A stretch of 42,923 nucleotides of DNA, from contig CAYVNK010000001.1 in assembly GCA_964452885.1 (NCBI GenBank), positions 1 through 42,923 of the forward strand, written 5' to 3'. The notes below the pieces were generated by a model. The model saw only the letters and a list, made by a program, of their open reading frames with translations, made no database searches and was not told the origin of the DNA. The DNA is from an uncultured Gammaproteobacteria bacterium (GTDB lineage Bacteria; Patescibacteriota; Microgenomatia; UM-FILTER-40-11). This document shows positions 32,617 to 40,418 of this stretch, piece by piece. The stretch's first letter is position 1. Every line of letters begins with the position of its first letter. The position numbers were made by a program, and so were the translations under genes.

Positions 32617-34318
32617 TTACTTTGGGGTGGTCGTAGACAGTGAAAGCTTCTTCGGCATTATCGTCATTAAAACAAAATAAATGCCTGCCGCCGAAAGGCG
32701 GAAAACAGGGATAAGAAGTAAACTCGGCTACTTTTTCAAAACCCAGAGAACCATTAAAAAGTTTTTTATAATATTCTGCAGTTTGCGGATACATTTCCGG
32801 AACTTTAGAAATTGAACCATAGAGGCGATTGGAAGAAAGGATAATGTAATTTATTTTATTTAATTGCTGATTAATTTTTTCCCATTTTTGGGGCGAATCA
32901 AAATTATAAAGTTCCAGTATTTCTCCCCGGAACATTGATGAGTTTTGTTTAGGCAGTGACAGTGGTAGGGGGTCATCCCAATGTTCGTTTCCCAGAACCG
33001 AGGCGGCGGGAATGTTTTTGTAAATCCATTCGGAAGCGGAAGCACGGGTAATCGGGCGGGTGTAAATTGACATAAAAGAGAGAGAATAAATTAATAATAA
33101 GATCAAAATGCAAATATCAAATATCAAAAATAATTTTGGATATTTTCTATTTATTAAACTGAATATTTCAGATAAAAATTTTGCAGAGAGAATTGCCAGG
33201 AAAGGATAAATGGGTAAAAAGTAACGCATGGTTTTGGTAAATTGAAGGCCTTGATAGAAAAAAAGTCCCAGCACCCAAAGCAAAATTAAAAAAAGGCCAA
33301 AAGAGGAAAGCGACAAAGGAAAAATCTTTTTCTTGGTTATCAACCGGATCAAAGAAATTATGGCATAAGGAACGGCGGCTGCCGCAATTATCCCCAAAGG
33401 CAACCCCAGTCCCCAGAGAATAAGATTTTTTAAGGGAAAAATAATCGGTAAAGTTTTCTTCCATTGAATTCCGGGAGGAGACCAGGAATTGGGATCATTG
33501 TAAGATTTTAGCTCGGTAAGATTAGCGATAAATTGAGGATTAATTTTCAAACTTAAAAAATTACCGGTCGTAAAGGCTTGCGGTTGGGCTAGACGAAAAA
33601 CTAATAGAGAAGTAAGAATAAAGAAGAAAGAAGCAAGAATAAATAATAATACTTTTTTTTCTTTGAAAGATTTCACAAACATAAATAAAAAACCCAGTCC
33701 GATTATCGGAGCGAAATAAAGAGCAGAAATTTTACAGGCTATTGCCAGGCCAAAAGAGAGCCCCAATCGACTTGTATTTAGTATTAAGTATTTAGTATTA
33801 AGTATTTTTAGTAATAAATAAAAGGAAATAACGAGGAAAAAATTCAAAAAAGTGTCAACGGCAAAAAAATGAGAGAGCTGAATCGGCAAAACCATAATTG
33901 AATATAAAAAAGCGGACACTAAGCCGACTTTGTCGTTAAAAATTTTGGCCGCAATTTTGTAAATTAAAAAAACTACTCCTAAATCAAAAAGCGCGGAGAG
34001 GACACGGCCGACAAAGTGAATGTTGGAATAATCACGGTAATTAATAATTTCACCCATGATCTTTGTTAAATTCAACGGGAAAGTCCCGTAAACAAAAAAG
34101 CGGTAGCCTTTATTGTAGGGACTCATTGGAGAAACTTGAGGGTTAAGATAATCTTTAAAACTATTGGGTATTTTTATTGCCGTTTCCACCATGGTTAAAA
34201 ATCGTTCGTCGGGATGAAGATGCTGATTTTGGTCCCAATTAAGACCGTAAAGCCGAAGACCAGCGGCTAAAAAAAGAATTAAAATTAATATCTTTTTTTT
34301 AGTGAAAAAGTTCTTCAT
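32570..34318 (-). CDS. GT-C (GT39/PMT_2-like) lipid-carrier-dependent glycosyltransferase
   Basis: RLYGLNWDQNQHLHPDERFL in the N-terminal loop, about 12 TM segments, and a C-terminal soluble domain ending AEEAFTVYDHPKVTIF. Its 3' end overlaps the convergent 31109..32616 gene by 47 nt. Confidence 0.7.
   Translation of the reverse strand: MKNFFTKKKILILILFLAAGLRLYGLNWDQNQHLHPDERFLTMVETAIKIPNSFKDYLNPQVSPMSPYNKGYRFFVYGTFPLNLTKIMGEIINYRDYSNIHFVGRVLSALFDLGVVFLIYKIAAKIFNDKVGLVSAFLYSIMVLPIQLSHFFAVDTFLNFFLVISFYLLLKILNTKYLILNTSRLGLSFGLAIACKISALYFAPIIGLGFLFMFVKSFKEKKVLLFILASFFFILTSLLVFRLAQPQAFTTGNFLSLKINPQFIANLTELKSYNDPNSWSPPGIQWKKTLPIIFPLKNLILWGLGLPLGIIAAAAVPYAIISLIRLITKKKIFPLSLSSFGLFLILLWVLGLFFYQGLQFTKTMRYFLPIYPFLAILSAKFLSEIFSLINRKYPKLFLIFDICILILLLIYSLSFMSIYTRPITRASASEWIYKNIPAASVLGNEHWDDPLPLSLPKQNSSMFRGEILELYNFDSPQKWEKINQQLNKINYIILSSNRLYGSISKVPEMYPQTAEYYKKLFNGSLGFEKVAEFTSYPCFPPFGGRHLFCFNDDNAEEAFTVYDHPKVTIFQRDKKANLLEGF
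33102..33129. repeat. Heptanucleotide tandem array (ATCAAAW-type x4)
   Basis: atcaaaa tgcaaat atcaaat atcaaaa. The unit is the same as in the helicase arrays, but here it is antisense to the GT-C CDS (LIFDICILIL). Confidence 0.85.
33774..33808. repeat. Heptanucleotide tandem array (GTATTWA x5)
   Basis: gtattta gtattaa gtattta gtattaa gtatttt. It encodes ILNTKYLILNT on the minus strand. Confidence 0.9.
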
Positions 34319-35990
34319 ATTGTTTTTTGGTCAAAGGGGTACTCTTTTCGTAAATTCTAATAGTTGGGTGATCAAAAACGGTAAATGTCTCCTCGCCTTG
34401 CTCGTCGTTAATTTGAAATTGAGGGAAAGGATGAAAAACTTTCGTTTCTGTAAAACCCAATTTTCCAGAAAATAAAAGTTCGTAATATTTTGCCGTTTTG
34501 GGGAACTCACTTGCCAATTTTTGATGATTAGCAAAAATTCTTCTTGATGGGACAAAAATATAGTCTGATGTTTCTAAATAATTGAGAAGTTGATTAAAAA
34601 GTTCTTGATTTTCATCTAGATGATAAAAGTCGAAAGAGACAGGTGAAATATTTGGCCCGCCTTCGTCCCGCTCAGCGGGACTTCGGCGAGGTAAAGGAAT
34701 ATCAATTGCATTACCGGTTTCGGAAAGAACTTTGGCGCCGGAGGGAATATTTTTGCTTATCCATTCGGAAGCAGTGAAACGAATATCGGGCCGGAAATAA
34801 ATTGTAGAAAAAACAACTCCTGGTAAAACAAATAACACCAATGAGACCAATAAGACAAATTGGACAAATTTAGTAAATTTAATTAAAGATAAAATTTTTT
34901 GAAGAAAGAAGACGGCGAAGATGGGGAAGAAAGCAAAAATTGGGGCCATAAAACGGGTCCATTTGCAGAAAAGAAATGCCTGGAAAAGAAAATAAACCCC
35001 AAAAGAAAAAAGAATTATGAATATCGAATTACGAATTAAGGGAGAAAATTGTTTTTTATAACGCGGTAAAGATAAAGCTAGCGGTATTAAAATTATTCCT
35101 AGACCGCCTAAGATAAAAATTGGCCAACCAAGGGCGTAAGGAAAAATCTTTTGCAATTGAAAAAACACCGGCGCGGTATTGAAAAATTGGCGGGTATAGA
35201 AAACCGGAATAATTCCTCTGGCGATTTGAGTTTCGTAGGTAAGGATCCTTAGGGATTCCTTAAAATTTAGAAAAAGATATGGAGACGTTAAAAGAGTAAG
35301 AGTAAGAGTAAGAGTAAGAGAGATAATGAACTGCCAGAAAACCTTAATTTTATTTTTGGCGCGAAAGAGGGAGATAATAGTTGCTAAGAAAAAAGGAGCC
35401 AAAAAAATCAGGGCGGAAATTTTTGTACCTAAAGCTAATCCCAAGAAAACTCCCGACCAAAGAAAGTAAATAAATTTTGGTTTTTCCAGAATTTTTAAAG
35501 AGAAATATAAAATTGCCAAAAAGAAAAATGAAAGCAAAGCCTCTGTGGTGCCGAAATGCGAGATTTGAATCAAGCCGGGGGTGAAAGAGGCCAGTAGAGC
35601 GGTGATAAGCGATAAATAATGGGGAAAAAGAAAGCCTTTTGAAATTAGATAAACCAGATAAACCGTGCCAACTCCCGCTAATGCCGACCAAAATCTTAAG
35701 AAAAAAATTGCCTCGGAAGGGTTAATTTCTTTGAGAGTAATCCAGGGAACCAAGTGATAGAGTTTAGCAGAAAAAAAGGAAAGATATAAAGGTAGTTGCC
35801 CATAAGCATAAAATTCCGGATCTAATTTATTTTGCCAAGAAAGTCTGGTAACGGCCGAGGCCATGTTCCATTCATCTGGATGAAAGTAATAGGGAAGCCC
35901 CCAGGAGATGTTAATAAAACGCAGAAAAAAGGCCACCGCAAGAATGGCGAGCAAACCCCAGAAATAACGGTTAAATTTAGGTAATTTCAT
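34299..35990 (-). CDS. GT-C (GT39/PMT_2-like) glycosyltransferase, tandem paralogue of 32570..34318
   Basis: WGLPYYFHPDEWNMA in the N-terminal loop. TASEWISKNIP and GEETFTVFDHPTIRIY are collinear with SASEWIYKNIP and AEEAFTVYDHPKVTIF of the neighbour. Confidence 0.7.
   Translation of the reverse strand: MKLPKFNRYFWGLLAILAVAFFLRFINISWGLPYYFHPDEWNMASAVTRLSWQNKLDPEFYAYGQLPLYLSFFSAKLYHLVPWITLKEINPSEAIFFLRFWSALAGVGTVYLVYLISKGFLFPHYLSLITALLASFTPGLIQISHFGTTEALLSFFFLAILYFSLKILEKPKFIYFLWSGVFLGLALGTKISALIFLAPFFLATIISLFRAKNKIKVFWQFIISLTLTLTLTLLTSPYLFLNFKESLRILTYETQIARGIIPVFYTRQFFNTAPVFFQLQKIFPYALGWPIFILGGLGIILIPLALSLPRYKKQFSPLIRNSIFIILFSFGVYFLFQAFLFCKWTRFMAPIFAFFPIFAVFFLQKILSLIKFTKFVQFVLLVSLVLFVLPGVVFSTIYFRPDIRFTASEWISKNIPSGAKVLSETGNAIDIPLPRRSPAERDEGGPNISPVSFDFYHLDENQELFNQLLNYLETSDYIFVPSRRIFANHQKLASEFPKTAKYYELLFSGKLGFTETKVFHPFPQFQINDEQGEETFTVFDHPTIRIYEKSTPLTKKQYEELFH
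34658..34688. repeat. GC-rich imperfect palindrome inside an AT-rich CDS
   Basis: cgcc-ttc-gtcccgc-tca-gcgggac-ttc-ggcg. It has a perfect 7-bp inner stem and a 4-bp outer stem, and encodes SPAERDEGG on the minus strand. Confidence 0.85.
35293..35328. repeat. Hexanucleotide tandem array (AGAGTA x5 plus one variant)
   Basis: agagta x5 followed by agagag. It encodes LTLTLTLTLL on the minus strand in the GT-C paralogue. Confidence 0.9.
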
Positions 35991-37263
35991 CGGTCACTCT
36001 TTTTCCTAGGGAAACGGCGTAATTAATTCCTCGGTCTTCGGGATAAACGTGGTGCAGGGAAGCCCAATAAAAGCCTGAAAGAGAGGTTTTAATAGTGGGA
36101 GCATTTTGGGAATAGAAAAGAGACATCACCGGTTGGGAATAAGCAGCTTTGAAAAGTTCTGTATTTAAAAGATTTTTTTCAAAATTGTAATTTGAGTTAA
36201 TTCTTTTAAGATATGGCAAGAATTCCTCTAAAATTTGTTCACGCCCCATTTTGAAAAACCGGTGATTAACAGGATAATAGCCGCCAACATACAATACTGT
36301 TTGGTTACCATAATATTTTCTGTCAATAAAATTGGTGTGTTCGACGACGGCCACAAAAGGAAAATCTTTTTCATTGATGTTAAGCCAATAAGTATTTCCA
36401 GGAAGAAAATTTTGTTTTAAAGATAAAATGAGACTTAAACTTCCCAAGCTTTTAAGGGAGTCAAGATTTTTTTTCTCTTTTTCGGAAATGGCCGAAAATA
36501 TTTTTGAGAAGATTTCCGGAGAAACAGTAGCAATGACTTTATCAAAGTTTAATGGAAAATCTTGGTCTTTTAAAAAGACTAAAAATTCGTTTTTCTCATA
36601 CTTAACACCAATGACTTCTTTCTCCTTTAAAATTTTCCCTCTTAATGACTTTATTTTTTGTACCAAAGCATCAACTAGTATCTCGGTTCCTTTCTCAAAA
36701 TATCCCAGGGAAAAGCTTCTTTTTTTAATTCTCGTCCAGAACCAGGAAGCGGGAATTTTTTCGCTCAAAGCGCCAAATTTGCTGACAAAGAGAGATTGCC
36801 AAATTAAGCGGTAAACCTTCTCTCCCATGGTGTATTTAATAAATTTGGTCGCCGTAATTTCTTCGAGCAGCCGCCAGAAAGGATTGGCCTTAAGGAATAA
36901 GATGACTGCCCCCATCCTTGCTTTGTCGAAGAAATTTAATTTGGGAAAAAGAAAAATACTTTTCAGATTGTCAAAACGGAAAATTCTGCCGTCGATAAAA
37001 ACGGCGGTCGCCGGTTTTTTAAAAAACAGTTTATTTTTAATTCCTAACTCCTCAGACAACCGAAAAAGTTCTTTATCGGAGGCAAAAAAATGATGATAAA
37101 AGCGTTCCAACGGCCAATCCCAATCTTTTTTACTGAAAGAAGCGGTCAAGCCTCCCAAAACCTTTTCTTTTTCCAGAACGGTGACCCGGTGGCCTTTTTG
37201 CGCCAAAAAATAAGCCGCGGTTAAGCCGGTAATCCCTCCGCCGATAATTGCTATCTTTGCCAT
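35977..37263 (-). CDS. FAD/NAD(P)-binding oxidoreductase (amine-oxidase / PPOX-phytoene-desaturase-like)
   Basis: KIAIIGGGITGLTAAYFLAQKGHRVTVLEKEKVLGG is a Rossmann GxGxxG dinucleotide-binding motif. 428 aa, and it overlaps the downstream GT-C gene by 14 nt. Confidence 0.7.
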   Translation of the reverse strand: MAKIAIIGGGITGLTAAYFLAQKGHRVTVLEKEKVLGGLTASFSKKDWDWPLERFYHHFFASDKELFRLSEELGIKNKLFFKKPATAVFIDGRIFRFDNLKSIFLFPKLNFFDKARMGAVILFLKANPFWRLLEEITATKFIKYTMGEKVYRLIWQSLFVSKFGALSEKIPASWFWTRIKKRSFSLGYFEKGTEILVDALVQKIKSLRGKILKEKEVIGVKYEKNEFLVFLKDQDFPLNFDKVIATVSPEIFSKIFSAISEKEKKNLDSLKSLGSLSLILSLKQNFLPGNTYWLNINEKDFPFVAVVEHTNFIDRKYYGNQTVLYVGGYYPVNHRFFKMGREQILEEFLPYLKRINSNYNFEKNLLNTELFKAAYSQPVMSLFYSQNAPTIKTSLSGFYWASLHHVYPEDRGINYAVSLGKRVTDEIT

Positions 37264-37299
37264 TTAAGTATCTGTATTCTAATACATTGGGATCGGTTT

Positions 37300-38670
37300 T
37301 TAGAAGAGAATCAGGGTGATCCCGGTTACGAGAACGATTGCCCCCAAACCAAAAAAGAGTTTTGTCGGTAAAGAAATTCCAGTAGGGGGGATTTCCGGGA
37401 CACCGGTTGGGGTCAATGCGGTCCCGGTTTCGGTTACGGCGACCGTGGGAGTTTTAGTGGCTGTCGGTGGAGGGGTGACGGTAGCAGCGGGCGTTTTTAT
37501 CGTGGGAGCTAAAGTTACTTTTTGTCCCGAAGGGGTGGCGGTGAATGAAGGCAGGTCGCTTTCCCCGGCTGCCAACACCACGAAAGAACGGCTAATCGTC
37601 TTGAGCAAACCGTTTTTGTCGGTATAAGAAACGGTAATTTGGTGCTCTCCGGGGGAAAGGGCGAGATTGGGAGTCCAGTTCCACTGGCCCTGGCTGTCGG
37701 TGTTGGTCTCTGCGGAAATTTTTCCGTCGGACTGCACCTCAATCTTTAATTTTTGTCCCCGGGGACCCTTGCCAAAAAACTCCGGCGAGGAGCTGTTTAT
37801 CTGTTCGTGGTCTTTCGGAGAAGTAATCGTCAGGGTGTCGTTTTCCAAAGGGACAAAAGTCGGGGCGACAAATTGGGAAGAAGAACCGGTTTCTGCCGGC
37901 GGGAGGGTCGGAGAAACAGCAGGCATTTGGTTTAAGAAATTATAATTTTGACCAAGAACAATATTGGGGGTGGGATTATCGTACCCAGTGGTGAGTGTGG
38001 CGGCGGCACTTTCTTCTTCACCCTTAACCAAAATTTCCTCAATCTGTGTTTGTCTGTCATAGTGAGAAAAATCTGTCAAATCTGTAGTTCTGGCAGTCGC
38101 TAAAGGAATTATCCAGTTGCCGTTGCTGTCGGTAATAGCCGCTTGGGAAACGGTATTGGCTAGGGAAAGAAAGACAATTGCTCCCACGGCCGGTGAATTC
38201 TCTGTCGTTAGAATTTTTCCGCTGGCGATGTCGTTGTCGGCGGGAATCTTTTGACTGGCAGTAGAAATTTCAAACGGTTTCCCGGAATTGTCATAAGTTT
38301 TTCCTCCGGAGATCACCTTGAAAAAATATTTTGTTTGCGGCCTGAGGTTGTCGACATTAACAAAATGCAAAGACGAGGGAATAAGAACTTTTTTTCCCTG
38401 GTCGCGGAAATCTTTTCTTATTTGCGGGTCACCCGTGGCCTCGCTTACGGAAATTGCTCCGGTAGTTTTATTGTTGGTTGACCAGGTGACGGTGAAGGAA
38501 TTACTGCCGATGTTGCTGATTTTTACTTGTTGCGGGGAAGATTGGGGGGAAGCCTTGATACCGAAAGTCCGGGTTTGATTAATGAAGAAAACCCCTATTC
38601 CTAGGGCAGCGAGCAAAAGCGCTAAACCCAAAATGGCGGGAAGACGTCTGGGAAGAGAAATTTTTTTCAT
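37300..38670 (-). CDS. Secreted/anchored surface protein with FN3-like, CarboxypepD_reg-like and Ig-like domains and a Thr/Pro-rich stalk
   Basis: Signal/TM segment (LPAILGLALLLAALGIGVF), FN3-like ISNIGSNSFTVTWST, GKILTTENSPAVGAIVFL...TDSNGNWIIPL and an Ig-like SPGEHQITVSYTDKNG. A T/P-rich linker follows, then ...IPPTGISLPTKLFFGLGAIVLVTGITLILF at the C-terminus. Confidence 0.55.
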   Translation of the reverse strand: MKKISLPRRLPAILGLALLLAALGIGVFFINQTRTFGIKASPQSSPQQVKISNIGSNSFTVTWSTNNKTTGAISVSEATGDPQIRKDFRDQGKKVLIPSSLHFVNVDNLRPQTKYFFKVISGGKTYDNSGKPFEISTASQKIPADNDIASGKILTTENSPAVGAIVFLSLANTVSQAAITDSNGNWIIPLATARTTDLTDFSHYDRQTQIEEILVKGEEESAAATLTTGYDNPTPNIVLGQNYNFLNQMPAVSPTLPPAETGSSSQFVAPTFVPLENDTLTITSPKDHEQINSSSPEFFGKGPRGQKLKIEVQSDGKISAETNTDSQGQWNWTPNLALSPGEHQITVSYTDKNGLLKTISRSFVVLAAGESDLPSFTATPSGQKVTLAPTIKTPAATVTPPPTATKTPTVAVTETGTALTPTGVPEIPPTGISLPTKLFFGLGAIVLVTGITLILF

Positions 38671-38867
38671 CGCATTCTTCTTTGCTCAAGTTCATCAAGC
38701 AGTTTTTCATCCAGTTTCGGATCTAGAACCCTAGTTTCCTGAGGAGTTAAAATCGGCTTGGGTGTTTTTTGCAAAGCTCGGGAAACACTTAAATAAATGT
38801 ATAAAAAAGCCGTGGTTAAAGCGAGAACGGTGATAAGAAGGATTACCTGGGTTTGATTTTTTTTCAT
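38667..38867 (-). CDS. Small single-pass membrane protein in the pilus-like operon
   Basis: 66 aa with one TM segment (VILLITVLALTTAFLYIYL). Its start and stop overlap the neighbouring genes by 4 nt each. Confidence 0.45.
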   Translation of the reverse strand: MKKNQTQVILLITVLALTTAFLYIYLSVSRALQKTPKPILTPQETRVLDPKLDEKLLDELEQRRMR

Positions 38868-39511
38868 TTAACCTCCGCGATTTCGGCAAAAAAAGCATTG
38901 CCGGTGAATTGTAAAGAAAGTTCCCAAATTTCTGCCTTTTTAGATTGAGAAAAAGAAATTGATTCGACTTTAATTACTCTTCTGGAAGTTTCTATTCCCT
39001 TAAGAAATTCCTTCAAATTAGGATATTCTCCGGCTACTCCCAGAGAAATGCTTAACAGCGTCGAAGATAGATTTAGGTCTTTGTTGTCGGCGCTGATGGT
39101 CTTTTTGGCAAATACTTTTTCAAAATCCAAAGATCTTAATTCTACTCCGGAGGAGGAAGCCAAGCCTTCCAAAAAAACGGCAATCTGGGGAAATTCATTT
39201 TTTTTCGGAAGAACTTCATCCAAAAGAGGAAGCCGGTTAATATTTTTAGCGTAAACCTTTTGCGCGGCGACGAGCGCATTAATTTTTTGCTGCAGTTTTT
39301 GGCTGGCTTCGGTTTTGTCCTTAATTTCTTTAGTCAATTGGGCGATAGTAACCAGTGTCGGTTTGATAGCCGCCAAAGCAAAAAAGGTAACGGTTAGAAT
39401 CGTGAACGAAAGCCAACTGAAAGAGCGTATCGGCAGTCTTTGGCCCAACCTCCCCAAATTGGTAAAATACCGCCGGTAATGAAGAAATTCTTTTTTAGCT
39501 TCTGTGTCCAT
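38864..39511 (-). CDS. pilO: PilO-like type IV pilus assembly protein
   Basis: An N-terminal TM segment, then a coiled coil (TKEIKDKTEASQKLQQKINALVAAQ) and LPLLDEVLPKKNEFPQIAVFLEGLASSSGVEL. It is adjacent to the PilN-like gene. Confidence 0.55.
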   Translation of the reverse strand: MDTEAKKEFLHYRRYFTNLGRLGQRLPIRSFSWLSFTILTVTFFALAAIKPTLVTIAQLTKEIKDKTEASQKLQQKINALVAAQKVYAKNINRLPLLDEVLPKKNEFPQIAVFLEGLASSSGVELRSLDFEKVFAKKTISADNKDLNLSSTLLSISLGVAGEYPNLKEFLKGIETSRRVIKVESISFSQSKKAEIWELSLQFTGNAFFAEIAEVK

Positions 39512-39516
39512 ATATT

Positions 39517-40059
39517 TTATTTTTTAATCGCCGCGCTCACTTCAAAACTTATGCCCGGCAACCCCTCTTTTCTGGAGGAAATATTATTAAGTGATAAATT
39601 GTTGATTTTGGTGTATTTGGTTAAGTTTTGCCAGAAACTTTGTAGTCCGGTTTTAGAAAGTGAATATCCAACTAAAGTTAAATTATTTTTGTCAACAGAA
39701 AAGGAGGTTAGGGAAACATCTCCGGGAAGAAGATTACTGATTTCCGTAATAATAATAGAGGGTTTTAATTCTCCGACCATAAGTTTCCTAATTTCTTTCA
39801 TCTTGTCTTGAGTATTTCTAAAAGTTTCTTCAAAATCGACAGCAGAAGCGACAATTGCTTTTTTTTGCTTGATATCATCAAAAAGATTGGCTAGTTTGGT
39901 GTCCAGATAAAACCGTGACAAAAAAGCGCAGATGACGACTAGTTCGGTAAAAACCACAATCCAACGGCCGACGGAAATGGTCCACTGGAGAAATTTTCCG
40001 AGAGAGGAGTATTCCAGATTTTCCTGGGGAAGAAGATTAATTTTTCTTCTGGCCGGCAT
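39517..40059 (-). CDS. pilN: PilN-like type IV pilus assembly protein
   Basis: MPARRKINLLPQE is the canonical INLLP N-terminus. One TM segment follows, then a periplasmic domain. 180 aa. Confidence 0.6.
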   Translation of the reverse strand: MPARRKINLLPQENLEYSSLGKFLQWTISVGRWIVVFTELVVICAFLSRFYLDTKLANLFDDIKQKKAIVASAVDFEETFRNTQDKMKEIRKLMVGELKPSIIITEISNLLPGDVSLTSFSVDKNNLTLVGYSLSKTGLQSFWQNLTKYTKINNLSLNNISSRKEGLPGISFEVSAAIKK

Positions 40060-40078
40060 AAGACCAGTATATTAAAAT

Positions 40079-40351
40079 TCATTTGCCATTGTCAAAGTTG
40101 GAAGAAATCTTTGAAGTTTTTACAGAAATTTTTGCCAAAGTGCTTTTAATCCGCCCGGCCTTATTTTTGTGAATAATTCCTTTTTTGATCATTTTGTCCA
40201 CCAAAGAGGTTATTTTTCCCAAAGACGCTTTACCTCGGGATTTTTTAAAGTCGGCAATTTTTGTTCTTAGAAATTCTTTTTTGGTTTTGTTAGCCAGTGT
40301 CCTTTTTTTTGTTTGTCTTTGCGCTTTTTTGGCGTTTTTTAAAATAGGCAT
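40079..40351 (-). CDS. rpsT: 30S ribosomal protein S20
   Basis: MPILKNAKKAQRQTKKRTLANKTKK..., 90 aa and highly basic, matching the S20 pattern. Confidence 0.85.
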   Translation of the reverse strand: MPILKNAKKAQRQTKKRTLANKTKKEFLRTKIADFKKSRGKASLGKITSLVDKMIKKGIIHKNKAGRIKSTLAKISVKTSKISSNFDNGK

Positions 40352-40418
40352 ACCTCCACTATCTTACCAATTCCCTCTTTAAAAAGCAAGTTGCATTAAG
40401 TATACTGGTAAAGAATTT

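Noticed and set aside
9633-35328. Short tandem arrays considered as CRISPR-like repeats.
   Set aside because: The units are 6-7 nt and directly abutting with no spacers. They lie inside coding sequences and there are no cas genes, so they are microsatellite-type arrays rather than CRISPR.
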